Below are positions 36,201-48,083 of a DNA stretch of 48,083 nucleotides, piece by piece. This DNA comes from Octopus sinensis (Eukaryota): contig NW_021834473.1 in assembly GCF_006345805.1 (NCBI RefSeq), forward strand, positions 1 to 48,083, given 5' to 3'. A program made the position numbers and the translations under genes. The notes beneath the pieces are model-generated. The model saw only the letters and a program-made list of their open reading frames with translations, was not told the origin of the DNA and searched no databases. Positions within the stretch are counted from its first letter, which is position 1, and each line of letters starts with the position of its first letter.

Positions 36201-37205
36201 TTTAATAATCCGCAGTAATATATGAGTAGGAAATTCTATCTCTATTTCATTTAATTATTCAAGTAAATAGAAAATGTATGAAAAATGTTGATCGCGGATC
36301 TCGTGAGTCAAAGGCCGGACTACACTTGCAGCAGCTGCAGTACTGTTTAATTTAGTGTGTGTCGAACAAAGTGGCAACCCCTGGATCGCACAAAAAGTCA
36401 TTTATCAGAAAAGGATTTTGGACGAAAAGTTCTGGAAAATCGATATTTTACTGAACTTGTTTATCGACCTTGGAAGAATGAAAAGGCAAAATCGAACTCA
36501 GTGGTATTTGAACACAAAACCAAAAGGACATTAACAGTAAACATTCACCATGCTTTTATCCGACGCTCCAACGATTCTTCAAAGGGAACGCAATAGTTAT
36601 AGCAATAACGAATAAAATTTATACATTTTCTTTTTTAGACGGTCGTACGCCATTCGCGTAGATTTGATTTTCTTTTCTCACCATGCAAGTATCTCAGTTT
36701 TTGGATAGCATTTTCGTTTTCGATAATGGTATATTGATTTCCCCATTGAGTGATTGCTGCTACAAATTGATCAGATGTCACTAATGGATTGTTAGATGGT
36801 TTCTTTACAAGTAGCCAACTGTCAAACTCTTTCCTGATGCCTTTGCATCATGCAACTCCCCCCCCCATCAAACTCACAAGAGTGTCGCCATTAAAGTTTC
36901 ACGTCTTTCTGACTAATGTCGTTCTTTGTTGTAGTTTTCGTTGTTTTATCCCCCTGTCGATTAATAAAAGCGTAGGTTTATGAACAAAGACGTTCTAGTA
37001 ATGACCACCCTGACTTTTTATTTTGATATATAGTGTATCTAAGGGAACATATACCAGTTTTCATTTCTATTTTTAAGCTTTGACTGCTATTCCTAAAACT
37101 TAGACGTTCGGTGCCGCAGATGAGTCAGAGGCACGTGTGACACGTGTTATGTGACATATGATACGTGATCCACACCGGTACATCATACTACAGGTTAACT
37201 AAATA

Positions 37206-37551
37206 TGATCTTCTTCTTCTTATTCTTCTTCTTCTTCTAGTTCTTCGTCTTCTTCTTCTACCTCTTCTTCTTCTTCTGCTACTTCTTCTACTTTTTCGTC
37301 TTCTTCTTCTTCTTCTTTTTCTTCTACTGCTTCTTCTTATTCTTTTTCTACTTCTTCTTCTTCTACTTCTTCTATTTCTTCTTCTTCTTATTCTTATTCT
37401 ACTTCGTCTTCGTCTTCTTCTTCTTCGTCTTCTTCTTATTATTATTCTTATTCTACTTCTTCGTCTTCGTCTTCGTCTTCGTCTTCTTCTTCTTATTATT
37501 ATTATTATTCTTATTCTTATTCTACTTCTTCGTCTTCGTCTTCTTCTTCTT

Positions 37552-37582
<31 letters not shown>

Positions 37583-37648
37583 TTCTTATTCTACTTCTTC
37601 GTCTTCGTCTTCTTCTTCTTCTTCTTCTTCTACTTCTTCTTCTTCTTC
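37206..37648. repeat. Compound (CTT)n/(CGT)/(ATT) trinucleotide tract (~440 bp)
   Basis: Directly visible; source of the 172-aa poly-L ORF. Confidence 0.97.
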
Positions 37649-37889
37649 CAATCAGGACTCACGCCATTAGCCACAAAGAATAATCTCTAATTCCAGCCTA
37701 CTCTAAGCTACTAAGAATGCGTGTTGCAAATTCAAGATCCACCCGCCACACGCGATAGACTGGCACTTGCATGGGTGTGAAGATAAACATCGTTTTCAAT
37801 CGATGGAGGGATAAAAATAAGCACACACGTATACACATACGCATGGAGTCACGCATACACACGTATATATATATATACACTCACACGCA

Positions 37890-38573
37890 TATACACATAT
37901 ACGGCGGCTTCCTCACAATTTTTGACAATCAGATTCACTCGCAAAGCAATAATCGATCAGAGGCTCTTGTAGATGACATTTGACCAAGGTGATACGCAAT
38001 GGGACCGAACCCGAAAATACGTGGTTGCAAAGCGGTCTTTGTGCCACACAACCATGCTTGCGCTTTTTTTATCTCTTTTATCTCTTTTACTTGTTTCAGT
38101 CATTTGACTGCGGCCATGCTGGAGCACCGCCTTTAGTTGAGCGAATCGACCCCGGGACTTATTCTTTGTAAGCCCAGTACTTATTCTATCGGTCTCGTTT
38201 GCCGAACCGCTAAGTGACGGGGACGTAAACACACCAGCATCGGTTGTCAAGCAATGCTAGGGGGACAAACACAGAAACATTATTAGAAGAAATGAGGTAA
38301 TCAGAAGATCGGATGGTTTATATTTACAGATATTTATTTATATATTACATTTTTTACATATATATCATATCACTTAGATCATTAGCACTTTCTCCCACTA
38401 TACATATATACGACAGGCTTCTTTCAGTTTCCGTCTCCCAAATCCACTCTCAAGGCATTGGTCGGCCCGGGGCTGTAGCAGAAAACACTTGCCCAAGGTG
38501 CCACGCAGTGGGACTGAACCCAGTACCATGTGGTTGGTAAGCAAGCTACTTACCACACAGCCACTCCTGCGCC
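37890..38573 (-). mobile_element. SINE A: full copy 38066-38573 (interrupted by an AT-rich insert 38276-38396) plus a decayed head 37890-38062
   Basis: Reverse-complement match to the family A head and tail. Confidence 0.88.
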
Positions 38574-39375
38574 TTGTTTTTGCAAACAATCAAAGCAATT
38601 TATCTCGCTATGGTCACGCATCATCAGTCAGAATTATTTCTTCTCTTCCCTCATCCCCCAGCCTCAGAGATCACCTGAACAATAAAGAAATGAAAACCAT
38701 TTCTGACTACTCATCAATATTTAATTTTTAATCTGTTGTCATTGCAAAGCTGTCACAACAATTGTAGTTAAACATAGCAATATTTGGTTTGATGATGACT
38801 TTAAAAGTAATAATGAGACATTTGTGGGAAGGGTTTCGCTATACTGACTATCTCTACAACCACTTAGACATAACTAAAGCTCTGAATAAGAATCTGGTTG
38901 GGAAGGGCAACACTTGTCCACGCCTGCGGTGCTTCCTCCAAATATTTCCAATGATGTCCAAAGGAAAGACAAGCACAATGCCATCTTAGACGAGTGTATC
39001 ATTTAGGACGAAAAGGAGTCGAAATAGGTATTTCATTTTAAAGAATTACGCATATTCTAGTACGAAGTCTGGTATGTTTTTCTCTTCTTCAATATATATA
39101 TATATATATATTTCTGTTTAAAGAGAATCGCGATAAGTTTCTGAAATAGTGATCAAGTTATGCTATAATAATTTTAATGCATTTAGGGGAGACCCTTTGC
39201 TTTGGTGATATAGTCTTTGTAAGGTAGTGAACTTTAAAAAACAAATTGTCTCATTAAAAAATGTAGAAAAACACCTCATTTTGCAGTACCATCCCTCTAT
39301 TATGTATGTATCTCGGCATGGATGTTTATACACACGTATGCATTTATATATGTATATATATAAATACATGTATAT

Positions 39376-39534
39376 ATCGTGAAGTGTATTTGCCACTTAA
39401 TGTGGCTAACACTTAAGGTGGATGCTACTGTTGCTGTAGCCCAGCTAGAGGAGGTGTCCACCTGGGGCTACAAGCAACAGTAGCATCCACCCTTAAGTGT
39501 TAGCCACATTTAAGTGGCAAATATACTTCACGAT
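39376..39534. repeat. Near-perfect hairpin/MITE-like inverted repeat (~72-bp arms, ~17-nt loop)
   Basis: atcgtgaagtgtatttgccacttaatgtggctaac...gtagcccag versus ctggggctac...gttagccacatttaagtggcaaatatacttcacgat. Confidence 0.92.
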
Positions 39535-39753
39535 GTCGTGCAGCTACTGTTTATACCTCGCTCAGAAATTTATTATTGCTTTTATATATATATATATATA
39601 TATTCAAAGAGCAATAAAGATTCAAGTTAATTTAAAAAATTTACTTGAATATGGTACCTAACTTAGATGCACCAAAAAAAAACTATACTGATTTAACAAT
39701 ACAGTAATGTGGGGTGATTATAAGCGAGAAAGAAGCAACAAGAATGGATAGGT

Positions 39754-39844
39754 TTTTAGTACGATCGTTTCATACAAGGACAGGTTTTATTAAAAGTTGC
39801 AAAGATTACAGCATATAAACGAGTCCCGTACTCATCAGCTAAAA
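39754..39844 (-). ncRNA. Type I hammerhead ribozyme (3' pseudo-LTR)
   Basis: ttttag-CTGATGA-gtacgggac...gtccttgtat-GAAA-c-gatc-GTA-ctaaaa; stem I 6 bp, palindromic ACGATCGT stem III. Confidence 0.87.
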
Positions 39845-42800
39845 TACATGTAAGTTCTCTAGACATCCTAGTGTTTGAGGCTATACTCATGAAGTAATGT
39901 AGATAATTAAACAGATTTCTAAAGTTCATTAAAGTTCTTTAAAGATGATGTACAGTCTTATCACAGAATTTTAAAAAAGTTTTGATAGCATCACAGAGAA
40001 GGTGACCTAATCCATATGAATTTCCATAGATATGATGAGGGATTATACTCTCACAGAAGACAAATTTATCCATTGTTAATTACAACGAGGTGGGTCTCAA
40101 TTCCTGCTTATTAGCATTACAGAGAGGGTGAATTAATCCTTTGTATATATGCACAGATTCCAATGGTGTAGATGTAAATTTCCAGAGAAATGGAGATGAA
40201 TTTCATATTCACAGGCGATAAATTTTACAATGGTTGAACACAATGAGGTAGGTATCAATCCTTGTTATATGATTAGGTATTTGCCACATTAATCACATTA
40301 CTGCTATTCACAAGGGCTGTAGCTATTTAACTCTTAAGGCTGAAGGGCTTACTAGATCGGCCAAGAATAGAGAAGGGAATAGAAGAAAAGAGAGAAAATA
40401 ATGGAGGAGGGAGCAAAAAGGGGGGGGGAAAGGGGGACTAAAAGAGAAGAGAAAAGGAAACAGAGAATAAGAAGAGAAAGAGAAAGAGAAAAAGAAAGAA
40501 ATAGGGAAAGAAGGGAAAAAAGAAAAAGAAAAAAAGAGGGTTCTAGTTATACAGAAGAGTTAGTAGACTGTAGTCTGGTTTTAATCAACAGGCATCTAGG
40601 AACTAGAGGAGAATATTATTCTTTGACCAGTAACCGTTAATTTATTGCTGTTGAAATCAGCTATGAGTTTAAGAGAATCTAAAGAGATAACACAGTCAGG
40701 GGTTAAGGGGTCAGATGCTAAAATCACCAGAAAATACATTAGGAAAATCTAAGTATAATCTTATCAAAAAGTCATTAAAAATTTACTTATTTATTTATTC
40801 ATTTTATTGTCTTAAGGAGTTGTCGTTATTATTCATACATTGACTGACTACAGGTCAAATCTTATAAGATCATTTACAAGGTGTTAGGGGATTGTCTATC
40901 ATAATGAAGATAATCATATTATCACCGAGGGAATAGCCTTATTTATTTATTTGAAATAGAATTATGGGGCTACAGTAACTCATTATAATTTATTAGAGTT
41001 ATGCTACTTAAATTAGATTAAGTTAGGAATTAAAATTAAATATTACAATTAAGATTTAAAATAAGAATTTAAAAATTGTGAGTTTGAAATTAAATAAAGC
41101 CTCAATTAAGTAGCGAATAAGTACTATTCATTTCCCTGTTCTCAAAAAAATGATGCAGATATAAGGAAAAAGATAAAGATAACTGTAATGTGAGAACTCT
41201 TAGTTATCTACTTAAAGCAGTGCTATACTAGTAGAAATCAAGTTATATCTATCTATCTAGTTATGAATATTCAATCATTTAAAATATTTTAAAGTCTTCA
41301 ATTTAGCGTGGACACAAACTTGACCTAGTTCGATATGGTTATTCAATAAGTTTCTATGTTTACTATGCTTTAGAATTTCGTACGTCTCCATGGAGCATAG
41401 TTGACAACCAACCCTACTATTTTTATACGGAATTGCTCTCCTAACTATTTCCCAATTAAGGGTATAATTTTTATTATTATTTTTGAGTTCCCAGATTTTG
41501 TTTGAAAGTGTGGTGGTACCAGCTTTATGACGTAATTTAAAAGTCGAGATGTGATTTCTAACTCTGGCTAAAAAATTAATTGTACAGCCAATGTAAAAAT
41601 ATTTGTTATTCTCCGTGGATATGGTACATTTATAGATTACATTATTTCCCTACATAGACCAGGTGCCGGGCATTTTGATTTTATTCTACACTTACCACAG
41701 GAGGAACAACTTCAGGCCTTGGATTATTCCTGGGTAGATGTTTAAGGTTCCTATTATTTTGATTATCATTTCTATAGTTGGTGCTGATATCTAAAGTATT
41801 GTTATTATTTATTGATCCTTCGTTTCATCATTTAGGTGTAAAGTCCTACCAAGATTTCTATATTATTCGTAATGTTATTATTATTGTTAGTCTTTTTATC
41901 CAACTGTATATTATTGTTATAGATATCACTGATATTTTCATTCTCCTTATTTTTTCTCCATTAGCCTTATTTCTATTATTTCTATTATTAACAATATTAC
42001 TTCTATTAATATCGGCATTGTTATTATTACTATTAATGTTAATGTTATTAGTCATTCTGTGGTTACTAATTTCACCTATGTTTTGATAGTTCCTATTGCT
42101 GTTTTTATTGTTGGTAGTATTATTGTTATTGCTATTGGTATTCATTCTGATATTATTATTTTTATTTCTATCTTTCCTGGCTAGTTTAATGTTGTTATTA
42201 TTAATTTTAGCTATTAAAGTGGACATATTTGGGAGGGTTGAATAAGAAATCCTAACTGTTTTCCTAGAAATAATTCTATGATATCTATGAGAGATAGGGA
42301 AATTTTTTTCCAGAATCACTTTGAATTTGTTCTGTATATCCGATTGTATCGCACAGTTGAAAGGAATATTCAGCCATAATATATCTTTTTTATAAAATTT
42401 AGGGTTCGTAGAATTACTACTATTCATCTCACACCGGAGTTATTGTATTTATTACCATTATTTTTATTTTTATTTGTGTGCATCTTAGGTTTATCTACTT
42501 CAATCTTATCCGAGTTACCTATGTTCTGGTCAATGCTTCTATTTGAATTGTTGGGCCTGTACTCTAGATTAGCGTTTACCGTTAATTTAATTCTACTTTT
42601 ATTTCGGGCTTGGTCTTTTTTGCTGCTTACGTGATTACTGATAACTTCATTATTAGGAATACGTGAGTTCTCCTTATCAACGAATGTAATCTTTGTAATT
42701 AACAATGGATAAATTTGTCTTCTGTGAGTATATAATCCCTCATCATATCTATGGAAATTCATATGGATTAGGTCACCTTCTCTTTTTAAAATTCTGTGAT

Positions 42801-42915
42801 AAGACTGTACATCATCTTTAAAGAACTTTAATGAACTTTAGAAATCTGTTTAATTATCTACATTACTTCATGAGTATAGCCTCAAACACTAGGATGTCTA
42901 GAGAACTTACATGTA

Positions 42916-43006
42916 TTTTAGCTGATGAGTACGGGACTCGTTTATATGCTGTAATCTTTGCAACTTTTAATAAAACCTGTCCTTGTATGAAACGATCGTA
43001 CTAAAA
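42916..43006 (+). ncRNA. Type I hammerhead ribozyme (inverted pseudo-LTR copy)
   Basis: CTGATGA 42922-42928, GAAA 42989-42992, GTA 42998-43000; appears identical to the 39754 copy. Confidence 0.87.
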
Positions 43007-43037
43007 ACCTATCCATTCTTGTTGCTTCTTTCTCGCG

Positions 43038-43068
<31 letters not shown>

Positions 43069-44628
43069 CATACACAATTACACACACACATATATACATA
43101 TATGTATATGTATGTATGTATATGTGCATACATTTTCACCCACCTGCTCCGTGATACGTTCGGGACACTGTCGAAGACGTAGGTGTAATATCCAGCAGAT
43201 TTGATTTATTCGCTGGGATAGCTAATCTCTCTAGGAGATTAACACACCTACATGGGACCATTTTCGGTAGGTTTGCTGGAATTTACTCTCTTCTAAATAT
43301 TTTAATCAAACCACCAATCAAAAGATAACCTGTATGCTGTGGTTATCTTCCTTTCAGTCAAAAGTTCCAACACCTATCTCGGGGAACTTGGAAAATATTA
43401 TGTGTCTGTTGAACATGCGTCTGTGTAAAGCCACAAATATCGATCTTCTTTCTAACTGGGTTTCTAATGGCCCAGTAAATTGGTAGATGGACAGATTTGC
43501 TCCACAAAATTTATAAATAAATAAAGGTTTGTTGTTAGAAAGCCTGTCAAGGGTCGTGAGACCTGTTCAGAATGAAGTCGACTGATGATGGTCAAATTAC
43601 GAACATGTCGAAGCGAAACATAGATATAGATATCGTAAATATAGGATCTGGAGATAAATTTAATAGCGTGGAAAAACGATAATCTTAAAACCTCTAATGA
43701 TATTAATATACCAGGAAATTAAATACAAGCATATGAGTTTTCCTTCATAACAGAGATGAAAATACTTCTTTCCCCTTCCCTGAGAAAGAGAGAGAAAGAG
43801 AGAGAGAGAGATGGGAGAGAGAGAGAGAGATTGAATAGTGTAAATGGGATCCCAAATCTTCTATCAGGAGATCAGCAAGATTGCGACCTCTTTCGCGTAA
43901 AAACACAAAACACAAAGGCATTTATCACACGTTATGACATATCATAGCAGGGAGATTGTTACTTATTATGCATGGATGGGTTTGTGTGTTCCGTTCTTTC
44001 TTTGAGTAAATTCAAGTCTTATCACTTGCGTCGGCATGAAGACATGAAAAATAACATCGAGATATGAACATCAAAATTTATTAGCAACAACCGAGAACAT
44101 TAATACTTTTGATCTAAGAGCAAATTATTCTCGTATTCCGAAGCCATACACATTATGTATACAAGCATCAAAATATGTTGCCTTTGCTTTCATAAAGCTA
44201 GATGCAACGGATCGAAGCGAATTGATTAAATGACCTTACATACTTACAATAAAAACACATATATGCATGTATGTAAACATAAGATTTAATATACATACGT
44301 GCATTTCTCTATATACATATAGGTTATGTATGTATACGTATATATATATATTATATATATATATATATATATGTATGTATATATATTCATATATACTTAT
44401 ACATACATACATACATATATACACGTGCACACACATGCACACATAAATATATATACACACGCACTCTCTCTCTCTCACACACACACACACATATGCGTAT
44501 CTGTGTGCATGTACACATGTGTTTCTTTTGTCATTGGGCACATATATAATCCACAGCACCCTTCCCCTAAAATTTGAGGCCTTATGCTTTTCATAGAAAG
44601 AATTATTATTATTATTATGATTATTATT

Positions 44629-44661
<33 letters not shown>

Positions 44662-44704
44662 ATTGTTGTTGTTGTTATTTCTGAAAGACTCTGGGATAGT
44701 TCTT

Positions 44705-44787
44705 AATGATGATCATCATCATGACCATCATCATTTTCATCATCACTATCATGGGCATCGTCGTCGTCATCATCATCATCATCATCG

Positions 44788-44825
<38 letters not shown>

Positions 44826-45075
44826 TTCATCATCATCAATAGTATCATCATCATTATGAAGAATCGTCAGCACGTTAAACATTTTGTTCCACGTGCTGAC
44901 GACTCTTCTAGCTGGTACCGCGGCTGCGGTTGCTGCGGCTACTATTGCGGTTCCTGCTGCTGCGACTACTGATACTGCGGATGAGAATGAGGATGATAAT
45001 GATAATAATGGCGATGATGATAATGATGATGATATTGATGATGATAATGATGATGGTCATGATGATGATGATCAT
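44705..45075. repeat. (CAT)n tract (44705-44855) and (GAT)n tract (44985-45075)
   Basis: Directly visible; source of the poly-H, poly-D and poly-M ORFs. Confidence 0.95.
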
Positions 45076-45469
45076 GTTGATAAAGGTGGTCAAAATTGTT
45101 AGAAACGTTTTTGCAGCGGTCCCTTACATTCTGGGTTCAAATAGCGCAGATATAATGTTTTACCAATTAAAATTAAGTTCCAGTCCAGTGCTTGGAATTG
45201 GTGGAATCGCCAAAGGTTTGGACATAATGCATCGAGATGTTGTCATGAATCTTTATTGTGCTGAGTGTCCGGACGGATCTCCTTTACTTGTTTCAAGCAT
45301 CAGATTGCGGCTATGCTGGAGCAGCGCTTTGAAGAAATTTAGTCGAATGATTCAACCGTAGTAATTTTTATTTTTAAGCCTATCAGTCTCTTTTGCCGAA
45401 CCGGGTAGATTTTATATAGAGAAAGCTATCGAAAGAAATTTGCCCGTTCATTCCAGATACCAATCAGTA

Positions 45470-46330
45470 TTCAACAATCACTGTATGAGAATTGGCTTCT
45501 CCAATAGTAATATCCTGCAGATTATTTCGTCGCACAAAAACTATATTCTTTAAGGTAATACAGTCTCTCGTAATAACATTAATAATATTAACGATTATCT
45601 CTCCTTGAATAATAATATCAATGATTCTAAGCCTTGCAACTGTAGCATGTATAAAACTTGCGTCCTCAATGGAAATTGCCGTATTGAAAATGTTTACCAA
45701 TGCAAAATTACATGTGGTTCTAAAGAATTTTTTTATATTGGATTATCTCCAACGGAGTTGAAATAACGTATCGCGAAACGTCGTTTAACTTTTAAATACA
45801 GTCATAAGCGTAATTCTATAGGACTTAAGCAAATTTGGAACGTTAGACTGGAAAATTTTATGAAGTTTCTTCCCCTGTGACATGGGAAATCTGTTTGTCC
45901 CCTTTGTACGGACTAGCAACTATATGCACTCCTCTCTAAGCATAAACTGGTAAACACCTTTAATGAACGAGTTTACATGTGTTACATTAGAAAAACACTG
46001 ATGCTTTTTAAAATAATATCTACCCCTCATCTGATAATAATTTCTACAATTTATCTTCATATTACTTACCATAACTCATTTACCTTACTTCCAAAAATTC
46101 ATCTTTTCTGTCTATATATCATCTATTCTCTGTTTGCTCTGTTAAACTATTTAAAAAATATTATATCTATATATTTTACCTGTTGAAAATACATATTTGT
46201 GAAACTGAAGATAGCGCTGTATTTAGATTGAAGTAATGATTGCATTGATCAATTAAATGAAACCGCATGAAACGGTCGTAGGGCATTACTACTTGACATC
46301 CTGTTAGTTATATTGATTTTATTCACATTA
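45470..46330 (+). mobile_element. PLE remnant: linker, Cys cluster, GIY-YIG, and a 3' region with a decayed hammerhead (46201-46281)
   Basis: FNNHCMRIGFSNSNILQIISSHKNYIL* ... PCNCSMYKTCVLNGNCRIENVYQCKITCGSKEFFYIGLSPTELK*RI..KRNSIGLKQIW; CTGAAGA at 46205 and GAAACGGTC at 46269. Confidence 0.82.
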
Positions 46331-46439
46331 TTTCAACCTGTGCGGATAATACCGGATTGACTTGGTGCTTCAACTTCAGTAACCTAATTCAACTGAATCT
46401 GAACTGAATTACTTCTTATATATATATATATATATATAG

Positions 46440-46475
<36 letters not shown>

Positions 46476-46479
46476 CATA

Positions 46480-46650
46480 CATACACATACATACATACAC
46501 ATACATACATACACACACACACACATACAATACATACATACCTACATACATACATACATACATACATACATACACACATACATACATACAACATACATAC
46601 ATACATACATACATACATACATACATACATACATACATACATACATGCAT
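46480..46650. repeat. (TACA)n repeat
   Basis: Directly visible; also at about 24735-24810. Confidence 0.95.
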
Positions 46651-46845
46651 ATATAGCGAGATATGCGTGTGTGTGGATATATATATATATATACCTGTAT
46701 TTGTGTGCATGCATGTAAGCGTGTGTATGTATGTATGTATACATGCATGTGTGTATACCTTTTAACTCACGTGCTTCAGTCATTAGTCTGGAGCCAAGCT
46801 GGGGCAACCACTTTGAAGAATTTTTGGTCGAAAGAATCGAACCTG

Positions 46846-47265
46846 GCACACGACTCTGCACCATGGCACACAAGCAGAAGAACCCACTCATGGCTGTCAG
46901 ACAATTTCTGCGACCACATTATCACCTACCGCCCCAGACTGAAACCCCCTTAATGATTATGTGTGGCACGGAGTTGAGCGAGAGGCCAGCGAAACTCCTT
47001 GTAACACCAAAGATGACCTGAAAGCAAAGATTATGCCAGCATTCACCAACTTAAACAAGGTGGTTGTCCAAAAGAGTCGCAGGAGATTATGAAGTCGTCA
47101 GGAGGATGTGATTGAAGCTAATGGCGATTTTATCGAATAAATTTACGCTTTAGTACTTGAAGATAATTTTATGTAATTTTGGTAAACATATCTATTACAA
47201 TGAAGTGTCACTGTTATTTTCATTTTTGCGTAATTTAGACGACATTTATTCACCCGCACCCTGTA
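46846..47265 (+). mobile_element. Tc1/mariner-superfamily transposase 3' remnant (maT/DD37D-like) with right TIR and TA target site
   Basis: HDSAPWHTSRRTHSWLSDNFCDHI..P.PD.NP..DY.VW..VERE...TPCNTKDDLKAKI..AFTNL...VIEANGDFIE*; ends ...cacccgcaccctg|TA (a CAGGGTG-type TIR). The subfamily call is from memory. Confidence 0.85.
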
Positions 47266-47328
47266 TATATAGATAGCTAGAGCGATACGTACATAAATAT
47301 ACATATATAAATATGTATATATGAATAT

Positions 47329-47369
<41 letters not shown>

Positions 47370-47394
47370 ATATATATATAATATGTATATATAT

Positions 47395-47438
<44 letters not shown>

Positions 47439-47476
47439 ATATATGTACATATACATATATATATATAAATATGTAT

Positions 47477-47509
<33 letters not shown>

Positions 47510-47532
47510 GTACGCATGTATTATATATATAT

Positions 47533-47604
<72 letters not shown>

Positions 47605-48083
47605 AAGACGTTGATTCCAATTATATAGGTAACTATTTTATTACAAATAAAAGCCTGTAAACATGTATAACCGTTGCCACACAATTCGCAAACTTACCGT
47701 TTCCAGTAGAATAACTCTATTAGTAATTTGTCCAACAACTTCTTTACAAAATATATTAAAACGATGTCTACGTTTGTCTGTGCTTTTGTGGTTCCTCGTA
47801 ATATTTATGTGTATTGTATAGTATCTATATGTATGCATATGTGTACGGTTGTGGTAGGATAAACCGTATATCATGATATCAATATGCATTTTTTGATAAT
47901 ATAGCATGACAAATAGATATAGTGAACTAAGATCAAACGGCTGACTCTAAATTTATGGAGAGTAAATAAATTCCAGTTGATTGCATGGTGGTCAGAGATT
48001 TACTGAAGCAGACATAGGCGCAACTGTTTCAGACAATAACAATTGGATGTAGTTTTTTTCTTACATCGATTTTTAAAATTTTT

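Larger units (their letters stand above)
39724..43036 (-). mobile_element. 5'-truncated Penelope-like element with an inverted pseudo-LTR: GIY-YIG ORF remnant flanked by ~350-bp inverted repeats (39724-40085 / 42693-43036)
   Basis: Minus-strand KKDILWLNIPFN..HRIISRKTVRISYSTLPNMSTLIAKIN; CGKCRIKSKCPAPGLCRE/NNVIYKCTISTENNKYFYIGCT..ARVRNHISTF..LSNKIWELK..WEIVRRAIPY..GCQLCSME..LLN..stop at 41275. No RT present; both repeats carry a hammerhead. Confidence 0.9.

Noticed and set aside
37110-37160. cagatgagtc...gac motif; similar partial motifs at 27385 and 38985
   Set aside because: Multiple core mismatches; compatible with chance.
43575-43625. CTGATGA-tggtcaaattac-GAAC-ATGTC
   Set aside because: GAAA incomplete, and stems I and II do not pair convincingly.
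44630-44842. Poly-Leu then poly-His ORF resembling a signal peptide plus His-rich metal-binding peptide
   Set aside because: Made of (TTG)n and (CAT)n repeats with a TTG start; no independent coding evidence.

Overview
Eukaryotic, very AT-rich, intronic or intergenic-type DNA. The repeat complement (tRNA-headed SINE families, extreme (TA)n/(TAA)n/(CA)n density) points to an Octopus-like coleoid cephalopod, which is an inference from remembered repeat sequences, not a database hit. There is no confidently supported intact host gene. Nearly all ORFs in the track are microsatellite artefacts or transposon remnants. Identifiable content: (1) several decayed Penelope-like element (PLE) fragments (RT motifs at ~4.1-4.7 and 7.2-7.7 kb; linker/GIY-YIG at 1.8-2.6, 41.3-42.7 and 45.5-46.0 kb). 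(2) An unusually dense set of type I hammerhead-ribozyme motifs (about 9 with intact CTGANGA/GAAA/NUH cores and about 8 single-lesion or decayed), carried by short (TA)n-flanked elements, tandem repeats and fold-back inverted repeats. (3) A same-strand stack of R4/Dong-type RLE retrotransposons plus a non-coding ~510-bp element, each bounded by (TAA)n (19.9-23.6 kb). (4) Three SINE families, a 5S rRNA pseudogene, two Tc1/mariner remnants and a Helitron-like non-autonomous element. (5) A few weak candidate host exons. Coordinates were counted by hand: motif coordinates should be accurate to a few bp, and boundaries of decayed elements are approximate.
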